Numbered from the stretch's first letter, positions 13,590 to 28,091 are shown. The stretch is 64,000 bases of DNA from Octopus vulgaris (GCA_951406725.2 OX597834.1:14880001-14944000), one strand, 5' to 3'. The notes: a model not told the origin generated them from the letters alone. Program-made: numbers and translations.

Positions 13590-14392
13590 TATATTGGCTC
13601 TCTTGTAAGAAGCTTGCGTATCAACCACATACTTCAGGGTTTAGAACCCTTGCGTGACACCCTGGTCAAGGGTCTTCTACCATAGCTTCGAACCGGGCAA
13701 GATCATTTGAGCGGATGTGGTTGATGGAAACTGAAAAGGAGTTTGTCATATATATATGTATGTGCGTCTGTCTGTGTGTCTATGTATATTCCCCACCAAA
13801 ACTTGACAACCGGGATTAGTTTCTTCCCGTCCTTGTTCTTAGAGGCCGATAGAATACGTACCAGCTTTAAAAAGGTAATGGCGTCAATACCTTCGGCTAA
13901 AATTTATTGAAGGTGGTTCCTCAGCATGGTCGCAGTTCAATAGCTGAAACAAGTGAAGAACGAAAGATACAGATTTTATTGAGAAATTGAGTGGCTGTGT
14001 GGTAAGTAGCTTGCCTACCAACCACATGGTTCCGGGTTCAGTCCCACTGCGTGGCATCTAGGGCAAGTGTCTTCTGCTATAGCCTCGGGTCGACCAATGC
14101 CTTATGAGTAGATTTGGTAGACGGAAACTGAAAGAAGCCTGTCGTATATGTGTATATATATATGTATGTATGTGTGTGTGTTTGTGTGTCTGTGTTTGTC
14201 CCCTTAGCATTGCTTGACAACCGATGCTGGTGTGTTTACGTCGCCGTCACTTAGCGGTTCAGCAAAAGAAACCGATAGAATAAGTACTGGGCTTACAAAG
14301 AATAAATCCCGGGATCGATATGCTCGACTAAAGGCGGTGCTCCAGCATGGCCGCAGTCAAATGACTGAAACAAGTAAAAGAGAGAGAAAAGA
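13590..14392 (+). mobile_element. Two tandem SINE family A copies (old 13590-13960; younger 13989-14392)
   Basis: Family A head, CORE-like domain and tail. Confidence 0.9.
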
Positions 14393-14397
14393 GAATA

Positions 14398-14457
<60 letters not shown>

Positions 14458-15010
14458 CTTGGAGAAGAGAAATAGAGAAATAACGCGTGCGTTCGGTCAT
14501 ATAGTAATATAATAAATAAATAAAATATATGCATATATACATATATGCATATGTACATACTTACATCTACATATATATATATACATGCATACATATATAT
14601 ATATATATATGAGTACAGGACACCACAAATAAACGTAGAACACAACGAGAGACGAGAACATAAAATCAAACAAGGAAACGGCCTTTTTTTTTAAACAACG
14701 AAAAAAACAGAGTACAGGACAAACAATACAAGGAAAATTCCGAGTATGTGTGTGTGTTAGTATGTATGTATATAATGAGAGAGAGTGAGAGATGAAGAGA
14801 GAGAGACGGAGAGAGACAGAGACAGAGAGAAACAAAGAGAGACATTCACAGACAGACACATATTGGCTTATATTTACGTTTCTGCATTTGTTTGTTATTG
14901 AAGAAAAAACTATAACATACACACACACACACACACACACACGAAGATAGATGGATAAATAGATACATACATACGTACATACATATATAATATATATATT
15001 TATAATTATA

Positions 15011-15058
<48 letters not shown>

Positions 15059-15072
15059 TGTACACACGCGCA

Positions 15073-15107
<35 letters not shown>

Positions 15108-15108
15108 G

Positions 15109-15202
<94 letters not shown>

Positions 15203-15504
15203 GTAGTGTGAGAGAGGGAGAATGAGAGAGGAAGAGAAAGAGAAAGAGAGAGAGAGAGAGAGACCTCCCCCGATAGAATATTGACTGAATCGAAATCTAA
15301 TTTTCCTTGCAAAAACTAATTACATTAACAAAGGCAATACTAGCGAAAGTGGAAAATTATCAAGCCAAACAAAAATCATAATATGGTAATAATAAAGGCC
15401 AAAAACAAAAAATATTGAAATTTAAGCAAAACACCTGGGTCTTAGTGAGAGACAAATGACGTCATTGCCTTTCCTGCTTTAACATTTATATTTCTTTTTT
15501 TGAA

Positions 15505-15552
<48 letters not shown>

Positions 15553-15920
15553 ATATTGCAGACATTAGTTACCGCAAGTGTTGCTATGTTTCTAGAATTT
15601 AGCAATTTATGATCTTTGAGTTCGTTTATTTATTATATTTATTATATATGTATATTTGTATATTTAACCCTTAAGCCATCTTAATTTGGATTGTAACTCG
15701 CTTGACGTATTTGATGTTTGTGCGTTTGTTTTTTGTTTTCGCATTTCGCCCCCGTTCATATATTCAGTTATTTAGTCATTCGATTTTATTATTAGATCTC
15801 GCTGTAGATGTTGTTGATATTGTATCTGATATTGTTGTTGATTATTAATTGATAAACGAACAATAAAGAAACTTTGATTATTAACAATCCAGTGATGATG
15901 TGATGGTCCACAGAATCAGA

Positions 15921-15991
<71 letters not shown>

Positions 15992-15992
<1 letters not shown>

Positions 15993-16213
15993 TCTCTTTT
16001 ACTCTCTTTTATTTGTTTCAGTCATTTGATTGTGGCCATGCTGGATCACCGCCTTTAGTCGAGAAAATCGAACCCCAGGACTTATTCTTTGCAAGCCTAG
16101 AAACTTATTCTATCGGTCTCTTTTGGCGAACCGCTAAGTTATGGAGGACATAAACACACCAGCATCGGTTGTCAAGCGATGTTGGGGGGACAAACACAGA
16201 CACACAAACACAT

Positions 16214-16260
<47 letters not shown>

Positions 16261-16398
16261 CGACGGGCTTCTTTTCAGTGTCCGTCTACCAAATCCACTC
16301 ACAAGGCTTTGGTTGGCCCGAAGCTATAGTAGAAGACACTTTCCCAAGGTGCCACGCAGTGGGACTGAATCCGGAACCACACAGCCACTCCTGCGCCT
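15992..16398 (-). mobile_element. SINE family A
   Basis: Near full-length match to the other family A copies. Confidence 0.93.
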
Positions 16399-17094
16399 AT
16401 ATATATATAACTGTTCATTATTTTAGGTTTTCGAAAGATGCGGTCACGCCGTGCTAGGCGAGCAAGCCAAAATTCACCCAGATTCGAAATCTAGTCCGTC
16501 ACAGGGTTAACCATTTGCAGGGAAGCAGACTGGAGCAACAATACATGATGTATTTTGCTCATGAATACAACTCGTCGCTCGGTTCCGGTTTTGTCCTCAC
16601 GATGTAGTGATCCCGACTGTAATACTCTAATCACTAGACCACGTTCCCTCAACCTCATTAATATACTGGTATATACCTCCTGATTTATATTGAATACAAG
16701 GCAGAAACTACACTAGTTGTAACGCCTTGTATTGGTGAAGCTCCTCAGGGACTTCACTCAGGACGCTGGTCTGTCGTTTGATATGGTGTTTCAAGTTAAT
16801 TTCACCTCCTCAGTGATGAATACACCGAACATTATAAGCTAAGCCGCAAATAAATACCTCCGTATGTAAATAGATGACCAAAACGTTTGCTGATCTGTGA
16901 AAAAGGTAAACAAACTAAACTTAAATGATTAAAGGAATGTACATACTTGAAAGACATTTTTTTGTACGAAATTCATTCGCATATGTACATTATTAACTGT
17001 AATACTTTGTTACAGATAATTTTTTCCTGCTCTAAGAGACCTATATATTTTTGTGTTAAAAATCCAGGGCTCTGTTCAGAACGCTGCTCTGTCA

Positions 17095-17136
17095 CGAAAC
17101 ACGGGGTTTCGACCTAATATAGTCTCTTCAGTAGCG
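17095..17136 (-). ncRNA. Degenerate hammerhead motif
   Basis: Minus strand CTGAAGA-gac(tatattag)gtc-GAAAC; stems I and III are not cleanly recoverable. Confidence 0.4.
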
Positions 17137-18182
17137 AATACTGCATTCTGAGCTAAGGAGTGAAATACAGTGTTGCTTGCAGAGAAATCAGGAAAACAGT
17201 AAGAAAAATAGAAAAAGATTAAATTTCAATGACTTTTACCTATCAATATAGAGAAAACAAATCTACGAGACTTCTTAGAGGAAACGTACATGCATTTATA
17301 GAAACGCACAGATCTTTCGACATATCATGGAAATGGAGCCCTGGCTCTCTACGCACTTGTCCATAGCCCATAGGTTTTAGGGAGAAATAGGGAGAGAAGA
17401 GTCAATGCTGGCATGGTACATTAGGTATGGAGCCAGAATTGATAAAAGACAAAATTCACTTTAGTCGCATTTGAATTTCGAAGGAAAAAATACTGAATAT
17501 ATATCATTGTATATCTAGCACAAGGAAGCGTATTGCTTATTCTGTTATCTCGTAGAGAAAGTATAATAATCCGAAACGTTGCAAATTGTTCTTTTCATAG
17601 AACAACCGCATTTACGTTTTCTTTAAAATAATCACTGCATTGAAATCAGATATATTATATATTAGAATCGATACATATGTGTGTATTATTTCGTATGCTC
17701 CTCCGCATGATCATATAACATGCATATAAGAATGAACATGTGTGTATATTTATGTGTGTGTTCGTGTACGTGTACGTGTGTGTGTGTGTGTGTGTGTGCT
17801 GGGGCGTAGAGGGAAGGAATTAATTAAATTCCTTCGCAAGCCTTCAGATATCCGCAGAGATATTTCCTGTCACATATTCAAACAATAGAAACTGATCAGT
17901 CTTAACGAAGGGACACAGTAGGATGGAGAAAGTGCTGCAACATAATGGTTCCTTTATAATCAGAAAACTGCGGGTGGTAATGCGTCTGAATAGATATGCA
18001 CAAGTGTATGATTCGGTATGTGTACGCTTGTGCTTTCTTCTGAGTTGCTGCGTCAGTGGTTGTATGTACTGTATGACATGGTTGGCATACTTAGAAATGA
18101 GAAACAATATTCGAAATGTAATAATGATAATATTCAATATCCTCTTTACTCTTTTACTTGTTACAGTCATTTCACTGCGGCC

Positions 18183-18565
18183 ATCCTATTTTATTGAAAG
18201 ACAAAACCAGACCACACATCACAAAAATGACATCGGCAAAACTACAGGAGTTGCACTTGGAAGTTCTCCATCATTCACCATCCTCACATGATCATGCTCC
18301 CACTGATTACTACTTCTTCCAGAATTTGGATAACTTTGATAGAAAAGAATTTAATTCCGACAATGCTGTAAAACAGGCTTTCCGAGATTTTATTGACTCT
18401 AGATAACCAGGCTTTTATAGTTCCGGGTTGGACAAGCTACCGCTGAAATGGCAAAAGTGTATTGACAATATGGGTGCATGCTTTGAGGAATAAAAATATT
18501 CCTTGTATTTATAAAACATTAGCAAACTTTTTTTCTTTTCTACAAATTCCATACTTGACCGAATA
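18183..18565 (+). mobile_element. Mariner-family transposase pseudogene (C-terminal catalytic region) plus 3' terminus
   Basis: PILLKDKTRPH..KLQELHLEVLHHSPSSHDHAPTDYYFF (degenerate HDNARPH and YSPDLAPxD motifs), then *PGFYSSGLDKLPLKWQKCIDNMGACFEE*. Confidence 0.92.
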
Positions 18566-18638
18566 CAATTCAACAAGAACATTCAGAACAAATTTTATCA
18601 CCCAATAGGTTCCGTTTTTAAGTGAAGATTTCGAATAA

Positions 18639-18830
18639 AGCCCAATATGTAGTCAGGAATCTAATGAGAAAAAAACTCTGAAAACCACTTGCCCGAGAAA
18701 AACCACCACGCTAGAGAATAAATCTGTCATAAATTTATCTAAACTAAAACTTTCGCCCGAAGATGTCTCAGTCTTAGAGCTTGGTCTGAGTTTTTGCCCA
18801 AGCACAAAGAATTTCGTCAAGAATAAACTT
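18639..18830 (+). mobile_element. Penelope-like element ORF fragment (N-terminal to the RT domain)
   Basis: Manual translation NKSVINLSKLKLSPEDVSVLELGLSFCPSTKNF matches the VxNLS..Ls..E..vL.kGL.F.P motif typical of Penelope-like ORFs. It is not in the ORF track. Confidence 0.8.
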
Positions 18831-19221
18831 TATTGTTTTGGTCTTTCACAACAATATCTGGTCTGTTTGATTTGATGGTCCCGCCTGTACATACTGGGAA
18901 ATCCCAAAGAACAGTTACATTTTCTCCCTCAGTTACAGCTTCAGGGTGGTGTTTGTGCCACTTGTCTGCAGTAATGCCGACATGTTACCCAATGTAGATA
19001 TTGGTCAACTCTATCGTGTCATGATTTTGTAGCAGTATCATCACTTTGGGTCTAAACCATTTTTCATCACATTGGCTTGACAGTTCCCCGTCAATAAGCT
19101 CTGATCTTCAGCAGCCAATTTAAAGCCTTCACTCTCTGCCTGTAGCTCTGAGCTCCATAACGACAGGTCAATATTGTTTGCGACAGGTCAATATTTGCCA
19201 CTGGGGGATTTTTTGAGTGAC

Positions 19222-19440
19222 CAAGCAGTGCATGCCATCAAAGTGATACTGGGGTGCAAATAAACAAAACAATATAGCTATCATGACTACCCGTCTATTA
19301 AGTATACACTAGGCACATTCACCACAACCATATGATTTTATATCAAGACGAGCACAGTGCGAACTTGCAGGTGGGGTCCAGTTAATATTTTCTTCAGGTC
19401 GATTACTGGTCTTGCTCAAATAAGGATTGTTTAAGGGTTA
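19222..19440 (-). mobile_element. Fragment of the repeat family seen at 62075-62730
   Basis: Reverse complement matches cagtatcactttgatggcatgcactgct and ggacccccacctgcaag segments. Confidence 0.8.
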
Positions 19441-19729
19441 GGGTTTCCAGAAGTGAATTATTCAAACCCCAGATAATTTCTCTGTGTTCATTTCTGCTGT
19501 TGGAAGTTTCCAAACACTTCCCGGTACTGGATTTTTTTCTCTCGCAATCTTTTTCTTGTGTTACTGCTGGTATTGCGTGTCGTGTACGCAATGCTTTTGT
19601 TTTGGTTATCTAACTTGCCGGTGGAAGTATATTTCACTGGATACATGCTGTTTAGAGTGTGTCTTGTATTTGAAGGCTGATATGTTTAGGTTGCATTATT
19701 AGAATGCCTTGCATAGGATGTGGGCTACT

Positions 19730-19753
19730 TATTACTATTATTATTATTATTAT

Positions 19754-19808
<55 letters not shown>

Positions 19809-19892
19809 TGTTGTTGTAGTAGTAGTAGTAGTAGTAGTTGTTGTAGTAGTAGTAGTAGTAGCAGCAGCAGTACCAGCAGCACCAGCAGTAGC

Positions 19893-19943
<51 letters not shown>

Positions 19944-20028
19944 TGCAGCAGCACCAGCAGCATCAGCACCAGCAGCAGCAGCAGTAGTAGTAGTAGTAGT
20001 AGAAAAGAAATCATTATTATTATTATGA
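19730..20028. repeat. Compound (TAG)n/(CAG)n microsatellite
   Basis: Direct reading. Confidence 0.95.
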
Positions 20029-20793
20029 AAAACAATTTGATTCGGCTTAATGCGTGGAGCTGCATAAGATTAATATAAATGTTGGTGTGTGAGTAGATGT
20101 GTGAGTACACATATTCTATCGAATATACGCATATATATGCGCGTGTTTATGTATATGTATATGTTTACGAGAGTGCGTGTGTGAGTTTGTACGTGGTTAT
20201 ATGCCGAGAGTTTGTAGACTTTAGTTAATTAATTTTTGCGAAAACTAAGTAATTGCTGCATAAATATTGAACTTTAATTATTGAGGAACAATTCTCTCTT
20301 CATAAACACACGGGTAAACACAAACATATACATGTCTATACGTGTCTGTATACACCGCAGCGCCTGTGTAGGAATGTGTTAGTGTCTGTGAACGTATGAG
20401 TGAGAGACAATGTAGAGTTTCTTTGCGGCTCATGCGTCCGTACGTGTGTGCGTGTGTGTGTGTGTGTGTGTCTGAAAAATCTATTTGCGTGTTTGAAACA
20501 ATTACTTAATTAAAATATATCTGCAAGGTCATTTGATTTTTAATTTTTCGGAATAAATATATAAACTCTTTTATAGATTCCATTAATGTTTAGTTCGCTT
20601 ATGGCTCAAATTTACAAATACCTGCATGCTTATATGTTTTCGCTCTTATTTTCATTTTCAGTTTCTCTCTTTATACGCCAGATTCCGTTGCGATGAGATG
20701 CAATTTTTATCTGAATTACTTTTTGCACTCACCCTCTTATATACAAAGGTTACGCAAATTCTAATGGAAATATGAACCGCATTAGTCACCCCT

Positions 20794-20826
<33 letters not shown>

Positions 20827-20827
20827 C

Positions 20828-20890
<63 letters not shown>

Positions 20891-20907
20891 CATATATATA
20901 TATATGT

Positions 20908-20975
<68 letters not shown>

Positions 20976-21004
20976 CTATTTGTATATGTATATATGTTTG
21001 TACC

Positions 21005-21052
<48 letters not shown>

Positions 21053-21056
<4 letters not shown>

Positions 21057-21170
21057 CCTGCTCGCTTGGCCAGCGGGATGGCGTCATTCGAAGGCTAAAA
21101 CAATGCAAACGCATTGTGACCAGCGATGTTTATCAACATCTGATGGTCTGGTCAGTCACGTGATCACGTG

Positions 21171-21172
<2 letters not shown>
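21053..21172 (+). mobile_element. Solo 3' tail (type 1) of SINE family C
   Basis: Matches 40637-40758. Confidence 0.85.
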
Positions 21173-21211
<39 letters not shown>

Positions 21212-21430
21212 AGTGTGTGTATGTATGACTCAGCCTCTTCCGGTTATTACATCATATTCAAACGTTAAACCCTAGACATATTTTCTCTTTCCGTTTTCCA
21301 TTCACTCTTAGGAATTTCGGTCGAAGAGCGCAAACTCGAAGCATCAAAGGCTTTTTCCATTCCTTTTCCGATCATCATACTAATACAACTGCTGGATGTT
21401 CCCTTACCTTTCTTGTTTTCTGTCAATTTG

Positions 21431-21468
<38 letters not shown>

Positions 21469-21606
21469 GGCGGTACCCCAGCATGGCCACAGCTCATAAG
21501 CTGAAACTAGAATCAATCAATCAATCAATCAATCATATATATATATATATATATGTAGTTGAATGAATTATCCTAGTATGGATAATTCGGTTAACCGATA
21601 CCCGGG

Positions 21607-21810
21607 TACTCATTATCACTATGGACTCCGTGTGGGCAGTCATCTAAAGGATTTTATTCGTCATGATGCTGACATAAGTTCCTTGTTTTTCCTGATGAGA
21701 AGGCGGCATAATGCACCCTGTATTCCTTCGGAATTGAGAATATGCAGTCTTCGAAACATATGTCGAGAATAAAGGAATTTTGTTAAATCGCCATTCGACT
21801 CCATTCTTTC

Positions 21811-21813
<3 letters not shown>
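21607..21813 (+). mobile_element. HHR-bearing (TA)n-terminated repeat; inverted second copy at about 22900-23109 (-)
   Basis: Two copies of about 205 bp, highly similar, in opposite orientation, both ending in (TA)n. Confidence 0.9.
21687..21769 (+). ncRNA. Type I hammerhead ribozyme with extended stem II
   Basis: ttttc-CTGATGA-gaaggcggcata..(30 nt)..tatgcagtcttc-GAAA-catatg-TC/gagaa; palindromic ACATATGT stem III and GUC triplet at 21762-21764. Confidence 0.85.
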
Positions 21814-21852
<39 letters not shown>

Positions 21853-22270
21853 GTGTATACATATATGTATGAATGTATCTTTGTATGTATATATAGGGGT
21901 ATAAGGGTATGGAGCATTTCAACAGCTATCATCTTACAGATGCAGACAGCAGGACTTCATCACTGGAGATTTACTTCGGAAGTGAGCGCAAATGATAAAA
22001 AGGCAATGTGATAAAAGAGTGAATGGAAACCCGTTTAACGATGATCCGGGATAGATTGTGCAACACTTTTTATGTCTGACACTTTAACGACGCAGACACT
22101 CAATTGTCTTATGTGAGCTTGAACATATATATATATACAAACACACACACACACATATATATATATATATGTGCATATATGTATGTATGTATATATACAT
22201 ATTTATATGCATACATATATATATATATATATATATATGCATATATAGTTAAATATTTAGAATACATATG

Positions 22271-22323
<53 letters not shown>

Positions 22324-22419
22324 ACGCACATAGATACATTCACGCATAATGCTACCATATACGTGTATGCATGTATATATATATATATAAATGTACGTAT
22401 ATACACGTGTGTGTTTATG

Positions 22420-22463
<44 letters not shown>

Positions 22464-22843
22464 TATATATTATATATATATATGCATATATATATACGGG
22501 TGTACGTGTTCGCTTCTGTATCTGCGTGTTGGTGTGTGGCTGTATGTGCATACGCGTGTGTCAATGTGTTTGTGTGTGTGTATGTGTGTATACGTGTGAG
22601 TGACCGCTTTCGCGTGAACTTCTGACACAAAGGAAATGTTTACGGAACTGATAGCTTCCCCCTCAATAGTGAGATGAAAGATCTTCAGGAACTGTAATAA
22701 TTACATGTAAATCTTTCCATGTTAAGTAAATAGTATTTTTTTCCATTTTTCCTTTTCATATACTCTCATCATTTTCAATTTAATTTTCATAACTATCTGT
22801 AACCTGTTGAAATATGATCTATGTAAAGGTAGTCATTTGTATA

Positions 22844-22906
<63 letters not shown>

Positions 22907-22947
22907 GAAAGAATGGAGTCGAACGACGATTTAACAAAATTCCTTTA

Positions 22948-23030
22948 TTCTCGACATATGTTTCGAAGACTGCATATTCTCAATTCCGAAGGAATAAAGG
23001 GTGCATTATGCCGTCTTCTCATCAGGAAAG
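22948..23030 (-). ncRNA. Type I hammerhead ribozyme (second copy)
   Basis: ctttc-CTGATGA-gaagacggcata..tatgcagtcttc-GAAA-catatg-TC/gagaa; a G:U pair of the first copy's stem II is an A:U pair here. Confidence 0.85.
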
Positions 23031-23124
23031 ACAAGGAACTTATGTCAGCATCATGACGAACAAACACTTTTAGATGACTGCCCACACGGAGTCCATAGTA
23101 ATAATGAGTGTTTCTTTAAAATAC

Positions 23125-23181
<57 letters not shown>

Positions 23182-23189
23182 ATCGTTAT

Positions 23190-23340
23190 TGCAAATATTC
23201 TGTTCAACAGCACAGATTTGCTTGTCGGTTACTTGGCCTTAACCACTTGAACATGTTCCTTAGAGACTGACAATATTTGCATTGCATCACTGATCATGAC
23301 CAGGACTAGTCGGGTAGCATGAGAGTCATGTGTTAAGACA
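23190..23340 (+). mobile_element. Fragment of the 62075-62730 repeat family
   Basis: gcaaatattctg.tcaa.a.cacagatttgcttgtc.gtt matches about 62267-62400. Confidence 0.75.
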
Positions 23341-23504
23341 GATTTTGGGGCGGGTTTCAATAAATGTAACACAAGCAAAGTCTGAAGGAAATATTAGCCT
23401 ATTTTTCATACTTTCTAGGGTCAGCAAATAGGAAAAAACAATTGCTACCCAGGGACAAAGAGCCTGTTAGACAGTGTTATTTTATTTTTTGACCCCCTTC
23501 GATC

Positions 23505-23821
23505 AGACACTGACCATGGGTTTGCACCTAGAGAGTTACCCTCTGAGGCACAAGTCTGGGCAAGGTTGTTTTATGGATGACCAGCAGTCGCCCATGCATA
23601 CCGGTCTCTCCTCCCCACGTCACCGATGTTGTCCAAGGGACAGGCAAAGGGGCCGATACAGCTTGGCACCTGTGACGTCGCAACTCATTTCTACAGCTGA
23701 GTGAAGTGGAGCAACGTGAAATAAAGTGTCTTGATCAAGAACACAACACGCAGCCCGGTCCGGGATTCGAGCTCACAACCTCACGATCGTAAGCTCGACG
23801 CTCTAACCACTAAGCCACGCG
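23505..23821 (-). mobile_element. SINE family D (tRNA-derived); degraded copy at about 16520-16645
   Basis: Minus strand A box tggcttagtgg, B box gctcgaatccc and CORE-like ttgtgttcttgatcaagacacttt. Confidence 0.85.
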
Positions 23822-23959
23822 ACAGTGTTATAGTTTCGCAATTAATATACCTTTTGCTGTTTCGTAATATGTGAAAAAAATAAAGTCTTGTGAAACTGTA
23901 AGAAAGAATATATGGGACTGAGTGACTTTTGTAGATGTCGCTTATAGTATTAATTTCAG

Positions 23960-24942
23960 GGATCAGTCGTTGCACTGCAGCCATGCTGGAGCACCGCTTT
24001 AATGGTTTTAGTTGATGAAATCGATCCCGAGACATTTTTCCCCTTTCTTTTAAGTCTCGCATATATCCCACCGGTCTCTTTTGCTAAACCTCTAATTTAC
24101 GCGGATGTAAACGAACCAACACCGGCAGTCAAACACTGGGGAAACACAAGTATATACTCATATAGAAAGGTACACACACACATAAACATGTGTGTGTGTG
24201 TGTGCGTGTCTGTTTGTGTGCGTGTGTGTGTGTGTGTGTACAACGTGCTTACACACAATTTCGTCCACCAAATTTACTCGTAAGGCATCGGTCGACCCGG
24301 AGCTATAGCAGAAGATACTTGTCAAAGTGAAACTGAACCCGAAACAATGTACTCGCAAAGTAACCTTTTTACCCACGCAGCCGTGTTTGCGTTTTATAAA
24401 ACACGGTTTATAAAACCATGTGATAAGAGATTAAGTTAACCCTCTGGCAATTACACGTAATAGTAACGTAATCACATTATTTTGAATTACCCATTCACTG
24501 TCTCATAGCTTTGGGATTTTAATGATGCGATTACTCTCTTTACTCTTTTACTTGTTTTCAGTCATTTGACTGCGGCCATGCTGGAGCGCCGCCTTTTTAG
24601 TCGAGCAAATCGACCCCGGCACTTATTCTTTTGTAAGCCCAGTACTTATTCTATCGGTCTCTTTTGCCGAACCGCTAAGTGACGGGGACGTAAACACACC
24701 AGCATCGGTTGTCAAGCAATGCTAGGGGGACAAACACAGACCCCCCCCCATATATATATATATATATATACATATATACGACAGGCTTCTTTCAGTTTCC
24801 GTCTACCAAATCCACTCACAAGGCATTGGTTGGTCCAGGGCTATAGCAGAAGACACTTGCCCAAGATGCCACGCAGTGGGACTGAACCCGGAACCATGTG
24901 GTTGGTTAGCAAGCTACTTACCACAGAGCCACTCCTGCGCCT
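23960..24942 (-). mobile_element. Two SINE family A copies (old 23960-24385; young 24532-24942)
   Basis: Family A consensus match. Confidence 0.9.
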
Positions 24943-25858
24943 TATATATTTTAAAGATTATATATTTTAAAGATGAATTTGTAGTGTAAGTGTGAGTGGC
25001 TAGATTTGGGCAGTTTGAAATTGAAACTGGAAGGATATTTCGGCCGGGTATTGCCAGCTTAATTGCTAAGATGGTTAAATCATTGGCGCTTTGAACCCGC
25101 AATATAAAAAAAACTGAAAACGAGATAGCATTAGGGCTTTTCATTTTATCCGTTAATCCATTTTACTGAGGTTTCTGCAAATCTTCTGCACATGTTATGA
25201 AATAAGATACTTAAATTCAAGACAGAATCATGTCACGCTGATTGCTTTATGCTTGTACTCATAACTAGGGTTCGTTTCTTCAAATTTGGCTGTCTTTATT
25301 CTTACTTGATCGACTTCTATGATACGTATAGCTGCACGAAAAAGAACGGTTCCGCCGCCTATTGCCTTCCAAGGCATCTTGTCTTCAGAGCCGCTAAATC
25401 TCTTTCGAAATCTTGGTGTTATTCTCTGAACTACTGAGACGAAAAATGAATACTAGAATCCTATTACATGACAGAATGGTCGGGTTGTTATTACATTAGG
25501 AAATACAGTTCTTTTTAAAAGGAAAAGACATACGTACTCAGTATACTACCACAAAAAAAATTAAAAGAAGAAAAAACGCCATTGAATAATGGCTAACGTA
25601 ATATATAGAAATAACAACAAAAAAACTTTCATTCGGAATCTTAGACAGAACGAAAAGTTTTTTCCTGAAGACACCATCACCAAATACAGTTCTCCAAGAC
25701 GTAAATACATTTTAAATGAATTGGTGATCTCGTGATTTTGGAAGGAAATAACACTCAACTGTTTACTATACTTTCAGGAAATTCTTCGATCTTAACATAT
25801 TCTTGTTTTAAACGAACAATTCTGTTATTCTCATTTCGTCTGTTGTGCATATATATAT

Positions 25859-25913
<55 letters not shown>

Positions 25914-26008
25914 CATATATATATATACATATATATATTTATACATATATATATACATATATATACACATACATATACATATATATATACATATATATTT
26001 ATTTATAC

Positions 26009-26157
<149 letters not shown>

Positions 26158-26164
26158 TATATGT

Positions 26165-26209
<45 letters not shown>

Positions 26210-26890
26210 TTTGTTTCCTTCTTTTATTATTTTAGGTAGGTGGGAGGAAATAGACATTACTAGAAAAGAAATGCTATTTGCAAGACGCTAATGCTTCCAT
26301 TGTAATTTCTCGATATAAAGCTATAGACAGTCGTGCATTCATGAATCAGTGACCGCTTTATACTGAATTAGTACGATCTGGTTTTCTGCAAGAAACAAAT
26401 TACAGCTTTTGTTTTGTTTTGCATTGTTTTGCATTGTTTTGCTTTTTTTGCTTTTTTGGTGGCCTTTTTTCACAAAAGTAGTAGTAGTAGTAGTAATAGT
26501 AGTTGGTGTTGCTGTTGTTGTTGTTACGTCTATAGAAGTCGTATATATTGTGTACGTTTCCATCTATCACAACGCTGCTGTTTATACATGTGATGTTGTA
26601 AGAACATATCGAATCACCCTAACATCATGGTAGTAAAGAGAAAACAAGCAAAAAAAAGCGTTGGCTGTTTCCTTTCGAAATCTCTTGCTCTCGCTTTCAC
26701 ACTCAACACATACAGATAGACACCCACACATAGACACACACACACACACATATACCCAGATATACACATACACACACACACATATATAAATACATATACC
26801 ACATACCCATACACACACGTATATATATATATATGTGTGTGTGTATGTGTGTATACCCATATACAGACACGCATGTGCGTATATATATCT

Positions 26891-26933
<43 letters not shown>

Positions 26934-27113
26934 TATATACATATACACAAATACAGACATATATTTAATATATATATATATATATATACATATATACATA
27001 TATACATATCACATATTTATATATAATATAATTATATACACGCATACATCACACACATACATACACATATATATAAAATATCTCTCTCTATACATAAACG
27101 CATATATGTATAC

Positions 27114-27149
<36 letters not shown>

Positions 27150-28036
27150 ATGTATGCATATATACATATATATATATGTGTCTATATATATATATATATA
27201 TATATAGACATATATATATATATGTATATATGCATACATACATACACACATGCACACATACATACACATCCTTTCTCTTTTATCAGTGTTTCTCCCTCTG
27301 GTCTCAGCCAGTCGTGAGACCAAATGACATTACACACGCACAGCTATTAACCTTAGTTATTGACTTCGCAGGAAAGCTGTCGGAAGGAAAGCGGCCACGT
27401 ATGACACGTACACGTGACACAAAAACCGCCTACTGAACCATCTACGTTCATTGCTTTCTCCTGTATCTCAGACAAATTGCAAAGATATGAAGATGCCGAT
27501 CAGAATCACTTTCTTTTTTGCAATTGGTGAATATCACGGAAAGCTGTTCCGCGTGTCAGCAGTCGATAGATACAAGGGTTAAATTTACAATGGAATCGCT
27601 ACGGTTTAAAAAAAGAAACCGATTATGTCCATGCCAAGTTGTGTAGTTGAGAATCTCATATGCAACCAAGTAGCCAAGGTTTCTCGTTCATCTGCAATAC
27701 GCGCCATCTCAGGCAGGGTTTTTTTTTACTATTGTCTACAGCTTGGTCAATAGCTTACGAGTGAATCTGGTACGTGAAAACTGTGTGGAAGTCTGCACAT
27801 ATAACTCTCTGTGTGTGTGTGTGATTGTTTCTGTATTTGTCAGCTTGCCACCCCTTCATAACTGCTGTTTTTGTTCTTTCTTTACGATTCCGTGACTTAA
27901 CCGTTCGACAAATGGCGCGAATAGAAAACTACAAGACGTTAAAAGGACTTATACTTAGCAGGTTCCTTGGGGCCGACAATTTCCTTGCCCATGAAATTAT
28001 TGCCCTTATCTATAAATCAGAAATAATATTATATAC

Positions 28037-28091
<55 letters not shown>

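Noticed and set aside
20662-20748. Possible 87-nt exon (polypyrimidine-cag acceptor, open frame, AG/GT)
   Set aside because: Weak donor, unrecognised peptide and no neighbouring exons.
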